From assembly GCA_963715825.1 (NCBI GenBank), contig CAVQSI010000017.1:18035-82034 (forward strand): 64,000 bases of DNA. The letters are read 5' to 3'. Numbering within the stretch: position 1 is the stretch's first letter; every line of letters starts with the position of its first letter. Source of the stretch: Ilumatobacteraceae bacterium (GTDB lineage: Bacteria; Actinomycetota; Acidimicrobiia; Acidimicrobiales; Ilumatobacteraceae). The notes under the pieces were generated by a model. The model was not told where the DNA came from. It saw only the letters and a program-made list of their open reading frames with translations, and searched no databases. A program made the position numbers and the translations under genes. Shown one piece after another: positions 47,201 to 59,058 of this stretch.

Positions 47201-50200
47201 GACGAACCCACCGTCGTTCGGCGGTGGGAGCTGGTCGGTGAGCGCAGCGTTGAACACCGTGGTCTGAGCCGGGATGTCGACGAAGTAGCGGAACGTCACG
47301 TACTCGCCGACGACCGCCTGGGCGCTGTCGCCGACGATCGAGAACGGAGCAACCGACTCAGGAGGAGCCGGGTTGGAACGGTTGTTGTTTGGCAGGTTCT
47401 CGATCGACGACGTCACGAATTTCGAGACCGCCGCCTCGGGGGTCTGCACGAACGAGGTGTCGCGGGCCGGCGGTGCGCTGGTCGGCGTGTTCGGCACGTT
47501 CGGGTCGATGTTGTTCTCGGGGAAGTAGTCCGGCGAGATGTCGTTCGTGATGTTCGTGAACGCTCCATAGGAGCGGACGCCCGCATCGTTGGTGAACACC
47601 TGGTCGACGGTCGTCCCCGACGGGAACAGCACCGTGTAGAAGAGCGAACGGGTGCCTGCCTCGGCACCGGCAGGGATCGTGGCGCCGTCTGGGTACAACC
47701 CATACGGGTCGGTTCCATCGAGATCCCACTGGATCACGCTCTGGGTTCCACCTGCGATCGGATAGCCGAGGTCGGCCGGATCGAAGCACTCCCCGATCGA
47801 GGGATCCGTACCGAAGTTCAAGATCGAGCCGGACACGATGTCGTCACAGCTGAGCTGTGAAGGGAGCACGTCGAGCACGTCGAGGTTCCGCACCGAGAAG
47901 TCGTTGAAGTCGTCCGGCTTGCCGATGTTCGTCAGATCGATTCGGAAGGTTGCGTTCGATCCCTGCTGGACGAACTGCCCCTCTTCGTCGGTGTTCGGAC
48001 CGAACGGTTGCCCGGCAGCGGCGGGTGTGTCGACGCTCTCGACGCCCTTGATCAGTTGGATCGGCGGAGCGGGCACGATCCGAAATGGCACGTCGTCGCG
48101 GAAGGAATTCGCTGCGCCCGCCGTGTTGACGGTCCGCATCTTCATCAGGTTGCCCTTGAGCTGCGGGCTGTCGCTGTCCGGCGCTGACGTGACCTCGCCG
48201 GCGAGGACGACCTGGAACACCGCGCCGGTCGCCACGAATCGGTCGCCGCTTGCAGCTTCCGCTCCGAGCAGCCAACCGATCGGCGCGCGGGGATCGGTCG
48301 TCGTGAATCCCAACTGATCTGGCGGGATGGTGTTGTCGGCCGCCGGGGTCATCGAGCCGTCGACGTAGTCGACGCCGACCGGCAGGAAGTCGCCGACATC
48401 GGCGTTCTTCGTCTGCACCGTGTCGGGGAAGTTGACCTCCAAGAGGAAACACACGTTGTCGCCGAGGCGGAACTGAACTCGCGGATCGTCCTCACCTGTC
48501 GGCTTCACATAGAGAGCCGGGTCGGTCGGGCAGGGGGTGGGGTCGGCCGGGTCGAGCAACACGCTGCGCGGCAACAGCAACTTCTCGATCGCCGGCCCCT
48601 GGGTTCCGATGCTGGCTTGCGAGCCGTCTCCGACTTCGATCGGCCCGGCCGGCTCCGGGCTCCCGACGATGACGTCGGTCGTCGCGGTGAGGTCCGCGAC
48701 GTTCGTGAACGAGTCCCCGCTCACCGTCGGCGGCCCGGCCGCTGTCCCTCCGTAGGTCGAGCGCATCCCGGCGACGTAGGTCACCGTGGCCGACTCGCCG
48801 GACGTCAGCGACGGAATCGGGGAGAACGTCACGTCGAAGGCGCCGCCGCCGACCTGTGTGACATCGGTGTACGGGAGAGCCGCAGGCGCGCCCACGACTC
48901 CCAGCGCATCGGTCACGACCACGGTGGGCCCTGCGCCAGGGTCACAGACCGAATCGTCGGGTACGTAGTTCGTCGTGGCGTCGATCGGACACAGGCCGTT
49001 GGGGATCAGGTCGCCCAGTTGAATGCCGGACGCGTCGACGTACTCGCTCACGTCGACCTGGAGCGTGTAGGTGACTCCTTCGCCCGTGTCGAACGTGGTG
49101 GTGGAGGCCGACTTGATCATGCGAACGTCTTCGATCGAACGACTGAGTCGGTCAACCGACTCGACATCACGCGACGCACCGGGTTCGATCGGACCATCGA
49201 ACGATCCCGAAGCGACCGCGACGTTGATCGCCGCACGCTCGGTTTCGCCTTCGCGGGTGGAGGTGCCGTTGTTGTTGTCGAGGTTCGATCCCTGCTGCCC
49301 GGACTCCGGCGACGGGGTCGGGAGGGGATCGCCGTTGACATCCTGGAAGTCGAGGGTGTTCTCGAACATCGGAATGCCGGCGGCGTACGTGAGCACCGTG
49401 GTGCTCCCAGCGGCGAGATCGTCGAGCAGCCAGGTGACCATCGTGTAGGTGCCCGGCGGGAGCGTCGGCGGCGAATCGATGCCCGGATCCGGAATCGAGA
49501 CCGTCTCGACACTCTGCGGATCACGGCAGAAGCCACCTGCGTCAGCTCCACCCAGTGGGCCCGAGGTCGGGTACTCCTCGATCGGATTGCCGCCGTCGCC
49601 GATGCCGTTGTCCGGGCCTCCGCAACCGAGGAACTCGAGCGAGGCCGGGAGGTAGTCGGTCACCGTCGTGTCGTTGACGTTCCCGGTGTCGGTGACATCG
49701 ACGGTGAGGGTGTACACGGTCGTGAAGTCGTGGACGCCGCGCAGCAGTTCACCCTCGTCGCTCGGCTCCGACTTGGTGATCTTGATCGCAGTGAGCTGCG
49801 TCGCCGGGTCGGTCGTGGCGGTGGCGGAGCCGACGAATTCCGGGTTGGCTTCAGGCTCGCCGGTCGACGTGAACGTCGGGATCACTCGAGCGTTCTTGCT
49901 GCCGTAGACCTCGCCGGTGTTCGACACGGTGGAGCCGACCGGATACGTCGGCACGCCCAGACTCGGTGTTTCGTTGAGGTCGACGGGGAACGACAACGAG
50001 AACGAGTCGTTCGCCTGCAGGTCCGACACGTTCTCCCAGATCAGCGTCTGTTGGTCCACCATGTTGCCAGACCCTGCGGGCGACTCGACCTCGTTCGTCT
50101 CGATTCTGGGTTCGCCGGGACCGCTGGGGGGCAGCGGCGTTGTCGGCCCGGCGTACGTGACACCGAGCGGGAGGACGTCGCGGAACGACAGGTTGTAGAC

Positions 50201-50407
50201 GGGTCCAGGACCGACATTTGAGGCTTCGAGCGTGAACGCCACAGGGTCTCCCGCCAGCACCTCCGTGGGAGCCCCCTTCGACAGCGACAGTCCGGGCGTC
50301 GGCGGCGGGAACGTCTGAGCCTGCACCGTCGACGCCGTCGCTGGCACGACCACGAGCAGGGAGCAGAGCAGGGCGATGGCGATCGCCAGGACTCGATTGG
50401 TCTTCAT
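38292..50407 (-). pseudogene. giant (~4,030-codon) LPXTG-anchored surface protein gene with ~20 DUF11-type repeats, interrupted by ~11 reading-frame changes
   Basis: Signal peptide MKTNRVLAIAIALLCSLLVVVPATASTVQA at 50407. Sortase signal LPTTG + LLMLLGLALVIAA + KRRR before the stop at 38292. The repeat signatures (ITK/VKT, NxGPS/T, TDxLPxG, NTAxV) continue through seven overlapping track ORFs in all three minus-strand frames. The coding origin is certain. Pseudogene status versus sequence error is open. Confidence 0.6.
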
Positions 50408-50569
50408 GTCACTGCTCCGCCTTCACCGTTCGCAACCATCGAGGTTCTGGCCTCTCCTTCGACACATCAAAGTGCCATCGGTCCGCCCGCACCACTTCTT
50501 TAACAGAATCCAGACGAAGTTGTGACATCGCCCCGAGCGGGCGCCCGCCAGGGTGATGACAGTATCACC

Positions 50570-52468
50570 TCAGGTGGGTTCGGCAGTGTCCGGATGAAAC
50601 TTTCCGTACACGGCCGCGGCAACGGCGTCGGGCAGGAAACTCAACGCCTTCAGGTCGTCGAGCTCGGCCCGCTTCACGGCGTTGACCCCACCGAGCGCCT
50701 TGACGAGCTTCTTCTGGCGGACCTCACCGAGGCCCGGGATGTCGTCGAGCGCACTGACGGTCATCCGCTTGCTGCGCCGTTCGCGGTGGAACGTGTTGGC
50801 GAATCGGTGCGCCTCGTCACGGATGCGCTGCAGCATGAACAGCGCCTCGCTCCCCCGCGGGATCTCGACCGGTTCGCTCCGGCCGGGCACGAACACTTCC
50901 TCGAACCGCTTCGCCAGGCCGGCGACCGGGATCTCGTCGGTGAGGTCGAGTTCGTCGATCACCCGCTTCGCCGCACTGAGTTGGCCCTTGCCGCCGTCGA
51001 CCAGCAGCAGCTGCGGCGGATACGCGAACTTGCCGGGCTTGTCACCGCGCTCGTTCACCGGCCGGTCGCGCTCGTCGAGGTACGCCTGTAGCCGTCGCCG
51101 GACCACCTCGGCCATTGCGGCATAGTCGTCGCTGGCGCTCACCTCGTCGCCGCCGACGGTGTTGACCTTGAAGCGCCGGTACTCGCGCTTGTTCGGCAAC
51201 CCGTCCTCGAGCACCACCATCGAGCCCACGTAGTCGCTGCCCTGCAAGTGGGCCATGTCGTAACACTCGATGCGAAGTGGAGCTTCAGGGAGGCCGAGAT
51301 GATCCTGGAGCTCGGTGAGCGCCCGGCTGCGGGAGTTGTGGTCGCTCGCCCGCTTCATCCGGTGCCGGGTGAACTCGCCCTCGGCATTGCGGGTGACCGT
51401 TTCGAGCAACGATCGTTTGTCGCCTCGCTGTGGCACCCGGACCTGGACACGCGAGCCGCGGCCCATCGACAGCCACTCCTCGTACGTGTCGAGTTCCTCG
51501 GCCTCGTAGGGGACCAGCACCTGCTTGGGCACGCCGAGGATCGGGTCGTCGCCGTACATCGACTCGAGGATGCGATCGATCAGGCGTCCCGGCGTCAACT
51601 CCTCGACCTTGTCGAGGATGAATCCCTTGCGTCCTACGACGCGACCCTTGCGGACGTAGAACACCTGCACAGCGGCTTCGAGTTCGTCCTCGGCGATGCC
51701 GATCACGTCGAGGTCCTCGCTGCGCTCGGCGACCATCTGCTGCTTCTCGATCGCCTTGCGCACGGCGAGCAATCGGTCGCGCAGCCGGGCGGCGCGTTCG
51801 AACTCGAGACCGGTCGCGGCCGCTTGCATGTCGGCTTCGAGACGATCGACGATCTCGTCGGTGTCGCCGTCGAGGAACTCGCACAGATCGGTGACGAGTT
51901 GGCGGTACGGCATCTCCTCGATCTCGCCGACGCACGGGCCGGCGCACTTCTCGATGTGGAACAGCAGACACGGCCGGCCGAGACGTTCGTGCTGGTTGAA
52001 CTTGGCCTGACTGCAGGTGCGCACCGGGAACGACCTCAACAGGAGGTCGAGGGTGTCGCGGATCGCGTAGGCATGGGCGTAGGGCCCGAAGTACCGGGTG
52101 CCCTTGCGCTTGCGGCCCCGCATCACGAGCGCCCGCGGCCACTGCTCGTCGACGGTGACCGCCAGGAACGGGTAGCTCTTGTCGTCGCGCAGGCGCACGT
52201 TGAAGCGGGGGTCGTGCTGCTTGATCAACGAGTACTCGAGCATCAGCGCCTCGACCTCGTTGCGCACGATGGTCCACTCGACCGACTCGGCGGTCTCGAC
52301 CATCTGGGCCGTGCGCGGGTGCAGATTGCGCGGGTGCTGGAAGTAGTTCGACAGGCGTTGGCGGAGGTTGGAGGCCTTGCCGACGTAGATCACGCGTCCG
52401 CGGGCGTCTTTGAACTGATACGACCCTGGCGCCTCCGGAATCGTGCCGGCCGGCGGACGTTTCACCAT
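50570..52468 (-). CDS. uvrC: excinuclease ABC subunit C
   Basis: 632 aa from Met93 of the track ORF. Has the GIY-YIG N-terminus (PGSYQFKDARGRVIYVGKASNLRQRLSNYF), a UVR domain, the RNase H-like endonuclease domain and a C-terminal (HhH)2. Confidence 0.93.
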   Translation of the reverse strand: MVKRPPAGTIPEAPGSYQFKDARGRVIYVGKASNLRQRLSNYFQHPRNLHPRTAQMVETAESVEWTIVRNEVEALMLEYSLIKQHDPRFNVRLRDDKSYPFLAVTVDEQWPRALVMRGRKRKGTRYFGPYAHAYAIRDTLDLLLRSFPVRTCSQAKFNQHERLGRPCLLFHIEKCAGPCVGEIEEMPYRQLVTDLCEFLDGDTDEIVDRLEADMQAAATGLEFERAARLRDRLLAVRKAIEKQQMVAERSEDLDVIGIAEDELEAAVQVFYVRKGRVVGRKGFILDKVEELTPGRLIDRILESMYGDDPILGVPKQVLVPYEAEELDTYEEWLSMGRGSRVQVRVPQRGDKRSLLETVTRNAEGEFTRHRMKRASDHNSRSRALTELQDHLGLPEAPLRIECYDMAHLQGSDYVGSMVVLEDGLPNKREYRRFKVNTVGGDEVSASDDYAAMAEVVRRRLQAYLDERDRPVNERGDKPGKFAYPPQLLLVDGGKGQLSAAKRVIDELDLTDEIPVAGLAKRFEEVFVPGRSEPVEIPRGSEALFMLQRIRDEAHRFANTFHRERRSKRMTVSALDDIPGLGEVRQKKLVKALGGVNAVKRAELDDLKALSFLPDAVAAAVYGKFHPDTAEPT

Positions 52469-52523
52469 CTCGCTTCCTGCATGACGTCCCAAGCATACGG
52501 ACGGCCGGATACCGTGATGCCCG

Positions 52524-53432
52524 ATGTCCGACCAGTTCGCCGCCGCCTTCCGCCGACGACCCAACGACGGCTGGTTCCGCGCGGGCAACTTCGACGTCAC
52601 CACCACCGACATCCTGTGCGGGCTGTCCATCATGTCGATGTTCCTGTGGGGACTGTTCCGCGACGCCTGGGACCGCCTGTGGTTCGCTCCGGTCCTCGTG
52701 CGCGACTTCGAGGTCTGGCGCCTGGTCACCTGGCCGATCGCCACCGAGCCGGCGATCTGGCCGCTGCTCGGGATCGTGTTCTTCTACCTGTTCGGCCAGC
52801 AGCTCGAATCGCTGTTCGGACGCGGCAAGTTCCTGGCGTGGGTGCTGGCGCTCACGATCGTGCCGGCGTTCATCCTCACGGCGCTCGGCCCGCTGTCCGA
52901 CAGCATCGACTTCATGATCCAGTTCGGCCTGAGCAATCTGTTCCTCGGCGGGATCTGGGTGTACGCAGCCACCTACCCGGGCGTGAAGTGGTTCGAGGTC
53001 ATCCCGCTGTGGGCGCTCGCCGCCATCTTCACGGTGCTGAACCTCCTCCAGTTCACCGGCACCGACCAGACCGGCCAGGTCATCTTCCTGCTCGTGTCGA
53101 TCGGGGTGGCGCTGTTCGCCGGCCGGTCGCTCGGCTTGGCCACCGGCTGGCCGATCCCGCACCTGCCGCTCGACGGCGTCGCCACGTCGAAGCCGAAGAA
53201 GCGCAAGTCGAAGCCGCCTCGCTCCGCTGGGTCGTCGAAGCCGACCGGCGTCGTCCAGGGCCCCTGGAAGAACGCACCGGCGCCGATGCCGCCGCCGAAC
53301 GCCCCCTCCCCCGCCGACCAGGTCGAACTCGACGCACTGCTCGACAAGATCGGCGCCAACGGGATGGATTCGCTCACCGGCGACGAGAAGAAGCGCCTCA
53401 ACGACCTCAGCAAACGCCTCCGCAACCTCTGA
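52524..53432 (+). CDS. rhomboid-like polytopic membrane protein with Lys/Pro-rich linker and C-terminal helical tail (catalytic His not evident)
   Basis: EVWRLVTWPIA...FYLFGQQLESLFGRGKFLAWVL resembles rhomboid TM2-TM3. GLSN sits in place of GxSG. No TM6 His was seen. The tail reads DQVELDALLDKIGANGMDSLTGDEKKRLNDLSKRL. Confidence 0.6.
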   Translation: MSDQFAAAFRRRPNDGWFRAGNFDVTTTDILCGLSIMSMFLWGLFRDAWDRLWFAPVLVRDFEVWRLVTWPIATEPAIWPLLGIVFFYLFGQQLESLFGRGKFLAWVLALTIVPAFILTALGPLSDSIDFMIQFGLSNLFLGGIWVYAATYPGVKWFEVIPLWALAAIFTVLNLLQFTGTDQTGQVIFLLVSIGVALFAGRSLGLATGWPIPHLPLDGVATSKPKKRKSKPPRSAGSSKPTGVVQGPWKNAPAPMPPPNAPSPADQVELDALLDKIGANGMDSLTGDEKKRLNDLSKRLRNL

Positions 53433-53445
53433 CACTCGCGCCTGA

Positions 53446-53552
53446 CCCGATGAGCGAGACGGGCGCCCGCGCCACCGTTCGCTCATCACCCCCGCCGAAC
53501 CGCCCGACCCGATGAGCCAGACGGGCGCCCGCGCCACCGTTCGCTCATCGCG
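53446..53552. repeat. tandem pair of 45-nt palindromic REP-like elements (62-nt phasing)
   Basis: Two units: cccgatgagcgagacgggcgcccgcgccaccgttcgctcatcacc (53446..53490) and cccgatgagccagacgggcgcccgcgccaccgttcgctcatcgcgg (53508..53552). Confidence 0.8.
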
Positions 53553-53639
53553 GCGGGGTGGGAGACGTGTGATCACACTCCGTCGGTAGCGTTTGTTGCA
53601 CCGACTCCCTCCGCCGGTTCGCCGTCCAGGAGGTTCGAC

Positions 53640-54578
53640 GTGACACATCTCAATGCGCAGACCCATGCGCTCTTCGCACGCCAGCACGGCGCCGCCTCGA
53701 CCCGCCAGCTCGTGGAGACCGGGATCACGCCTCACCAGATCAAGCGGCTCCAGCGCGTCGGTGCGCTCGAACTCGTGCTCCGAGGCGTCTACCGCACCCC
53801 GAGCGTCCAGTTCACCGAGACCAGCCGGTGTGCGGCGGTCTGCCTTGCGCGTCCCGACGTCGCCATCGCCGGCCCGACCGCCGGCCGGCTGTGGGGATTC
53901 CGGCGGCTCCCGGCCGATCAGCGGATCCACGTGCTCGCGCCGCCGGCGAGCAACCCGGCGATCGCCCGCTGGGTCGTCCCGTACCGCACGACCGCCCGGC
54001 ACGACCACGACATCTCCCAACGCGACGACGGCATCCGAGTCACCTCGCGCCAGCGCACAGCGCTCGACCTCGCCCGGTGGCTCGGACCCGACGATCTCCT
54101 GTCGGTGATCGAGCAAGCGGCGCACGACGGGCGACTGACCGACGCCGACTTCCTCGAGGTCGCCGTCGACTGGATGTCGCCGGGCCGTCCGTGGGTTCGA
54201 GAGTTCCTCCAGGCACTCGACCGTCGGTTGCCCGGCGGGTCCGCCGAATCGCATCCCGAGGTGCGCGTCGCGAACGCGTTGGCCAGCGCCGGAGTGTTCG
54301 GGCTCGTCCGCCAGCATTGCGTCGACCTGCCCGGTCACGGCCCCGTCCGGTTCGACCTCGCCGTTCCCCACCTCCGCTGGGCGATCGAGGTCGACCTGCA
54401 CCCGAGCCACCGTGAGACGATGGGCATTGCCTCCGACGCCCGGCGCGACCGAGCGGCCGGCACCATCGGGTGGACGACGACTCGCATCACCAAGGGCCAG
54501 TACGACGACCGCTTCGACGAGACGATCGCCGAGATCGCTGCGATCCACACCGATCTTCGCCGCAGCCTCGCCGGGTGA
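53640..54578 (+). CDS. AbiEi-N-like / DUF559 (Vsr-like endonuclease fold) domain protein
   Basis: The N-terminus LFARQHGAASTRQLVETGITPHQIKRLQRVGALELVLRGVYR is AbiEi_4-like wHTH. The C-terminus VRFDLAVPHLRWAIEVDLHPSH...DARRDRAAGTIGWTTTRIT is DUF559-like. GTG start with CAGGAGG upstream. Confidence 0.7.
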   Translation: MTHLNAQTHALFARQHGAASTRQLVETGITPHQIKRLQRVGALELVLRGVYRTPSVQFTETSRCAAVCLARPDVAIAGPTAGRLWGFRRLPADQRIHVLAPPASNPAIARWVVPYRTTARHDHDISQRDDGIRVTSRQRTALDLARWLGPDDLLSVIEQAAHDGRLTDADFLEVAVDWMSPGRPWVREFLQALDRRLPGGSAESHPEVRVANALASAGVFGLVRQHCVDLPGHGPVRFDLAVPHLRWAIEVDLHPSHRETMGIASDARRDRAAGTIGWTTTRITKGQYDDRFDETIAEIAAIHTDLRRSLAG

Positions 54579-54593
54579 ACGTCCACCCGCCCG

Positions 54594-54635
54594 TCGATGA
54601 GCCAACCAACTACAGATGGCAGCTTCGCTCATCGC
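54594..54635. repeat. single diverged REP-like palindromic element between convergent genes
   Basis: tcgatgagccaaccaactacagatggcagcttcgctcatcgc has the same gatgagcc / cgctcatc arms with a different centre. Confidence 0.65.
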
Positions 54636-54642
54636 AACCGCG

Positions 54643-55908
54643 TCATGCTGCCAGACGAGGCCTCCGAGTGATCGCTGCGGTGTGCCATGCGAGCACGAGC
54701 AGGACAGCGGCGAGGGCGGTCGCCCCGTCGGCGAGCAGGTGAAAGCCGAACGACGCCTTGACGAATCCGGAGCCCAACGCCGCGGCGGCGCCGCACAGGC
54801 TGAGCGTGAGATCGCCGGTCCCCTGCACCTCGACACGCGACGCTTCGGGGACCGAAGCGGTCAGGATCGCCGTCCCGCCGATCAGGCCGAAGCTCCACCC
54901 GAGTCCGAGGAAGAACAGTCCGACGAACATCAGCACCGGGACGTAGCCGGCGAGGACCGTCGTGATCGTCCCGGCGCCGAGGACGACTGCGCCGATCTGG
55001 ATGGCTCGGACCGGGCCACGGCGATCGACGAGCCATCCGACCAGCGGAGCCAGCCCGTACATCCCCACGATGTGCAGTGCGATCACGAACGCCGACAGAT
55101 CTGCGTGGCCGTGGTCCTTCATGTGCGGCGGCGTCATCGTCATCACACCGACCATCGCCGCCTGCGAGATCGCCATCGCTGCGATGCCGAGTCGCGCCCC
55201 CGGTGACGCCCAGATCACCGCTGCAGACGACCGCACGACTCGGGTGAGTTGCGTGCGTTCGGCGTGGGGATCCAGACCGCCGATCACCTCGAGTGGATCG
55301 GGCCGCAACCTGACCCACACGACCGTTGCGGCCACGACGAAGAACGCTGCAGCGAACAGGAAGGGCCCGACGAGCGGATCGAGTCCGATACGTTCGGCCA
55401 CCGCCTTCTCGAACGGCGTGAGCAACGGACCCAGCGCGGCCCCGAGCGTGCCGACCCACACGATGGCGGCGACCGAAGCTCCCTGCTTGTCGGGCTCGGC
55501 GAGATCGGCCGCCACGTACCGCTGCTGGAGGGTTGCCGCCTGGCCTGCCCCGAACGCCAGCATCCCCAACAGAAACAGGGGGAACCAGCCAAGCTGCCCG
55601 CCGGTCGCAGCGATCGCGGCGCCGAGTGCGCCGATCGCAAGCACCCGCCAGAGCCCGATTCGGCGGCCACGTCGGCGCATGAACGCCGCCAACGGGATCG
55701 CCGTGAACGCTGCACCGATCGTGAACGAGGCGCTGCCCATCCCAGCGAGCCGGTCCGAGCCCAGAAGGTCGCTCGCCAGCAGCGACACCACCGCGACCAT
55801 GCCGGCGACAGCGGCCTGGCCAGGAACCTGGGCGAATCGCAGCGAGCGCAGAGTCCTGCGTTGCAACGCCTCCCGGTCGACGCCGGCGACCGCCAACGCG
55901 TCGACCAT
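54643..55908 (-). CDS. MFS transporter
   Basis: 421 aa with 12 predicted TM helices and the MFS loop motif FMRRRGRRIG between TM2 and TM3. Confidence 0.85.
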   Translation of the reverse strand: MVDALAVAGVDREALQRRTLRSLRFAQVPGQAAVAGMVAVVSLLASDLLGSDRLAGMGSASFTIGAAFTAIPLAAFMRRRGRRIGLWRVLAIGALGAAIAATGGQLGWFPLFLLGMLAFGAGQAATLQQRYVAADLAEPDKQGASVAAIVWVGTLGAALGPLLTPFEKAVAERIGLDPLVGPFLFAAAFFVVAATVVWVRLRPDPLEVIGGLDPHAERTQLTRVVRSSAAVIWASPGARLGIAAMAISQAAMVGVMTMTPPHMKDHGHADLSAFVIALHIVGMYGLAPLVGWLVDRRGPVRAIQIGAVVLGAGTITTVLAGYVPVLMFVGLFFLGLGWSFGLIGGTAILTASVPEASRVEVQGTGDLTLSLCGAAAALGSGFVKASFGFHLLADGATALAAVLLVLAWHTAAITRRPRLAA

Positions 55909-55933
55909 CGTCGCAGTCTGTCACCTCCTTGAC

Positions 55934-56046
55934 CCGCCCACGATGAGCGAACGGACCGCATACCGCCCCACTCGCTCATCGCGACACGCCCGCCACCGCC
56001 CACGATGAGCGAACGGACCGCATACCGCCCCACTCGCTCATCGCGA
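55934..56046. repeat. tandem pair of identical REP-like elements (51-nt identical units, 62-nt phasing)
   Basis: ccgcccacgatgagcgaacggaccgcataccgccccactcgctcatcgcga occurs at 55934..55984 and again at 55996..56046. Intergenic between the MFS gene start and the uvrA stop. Confidence 0.85.
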
Positions 56047-56062
56047 GGAGGTGGTGGCCGGA

Positions 56063-59002
<2,940 letters not shown>

Positions 59003-59058
59003 CGCCGTCAGAGCCTAGCGCCGAACATGTGTTCCGAACGGCCCCTGTCGAGCGGTGC

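Noticed and set aside
50531-50550. Palindromic gcgggcgcccgc between uvrC and the adhesin gene as a terminator or operator
   Set aside because: It is a 12-nt perfect palindrome with no loop and no flanking T-run. Such GC palindromes are expected by chance in DNA of this composition.
51285-54836. 1183-aa minus-strand ORF spanning uvrC, the rhomboid-like gene and the AbiEi/DUF559 gene
   Set aside because: It is off-frame to uvrC and antisense to two plus-strand genes, and it reads straight through the palindromic repeats. The translation is overwhelmingly Arg/Gly/Pro/Ala.
36439-56046. Whether the 62-nt-phased repeat pairs could be miniature CRISPR arrays
   Set aside because: There are only two units per locus. 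The 17-nt segments between units are themselves similar to the sequence preceding the first unit, so they are part of the repeat rather than spacers. The units are long imperfect palindromes typical of REP/terminator-like elements, and no cas genes are present.
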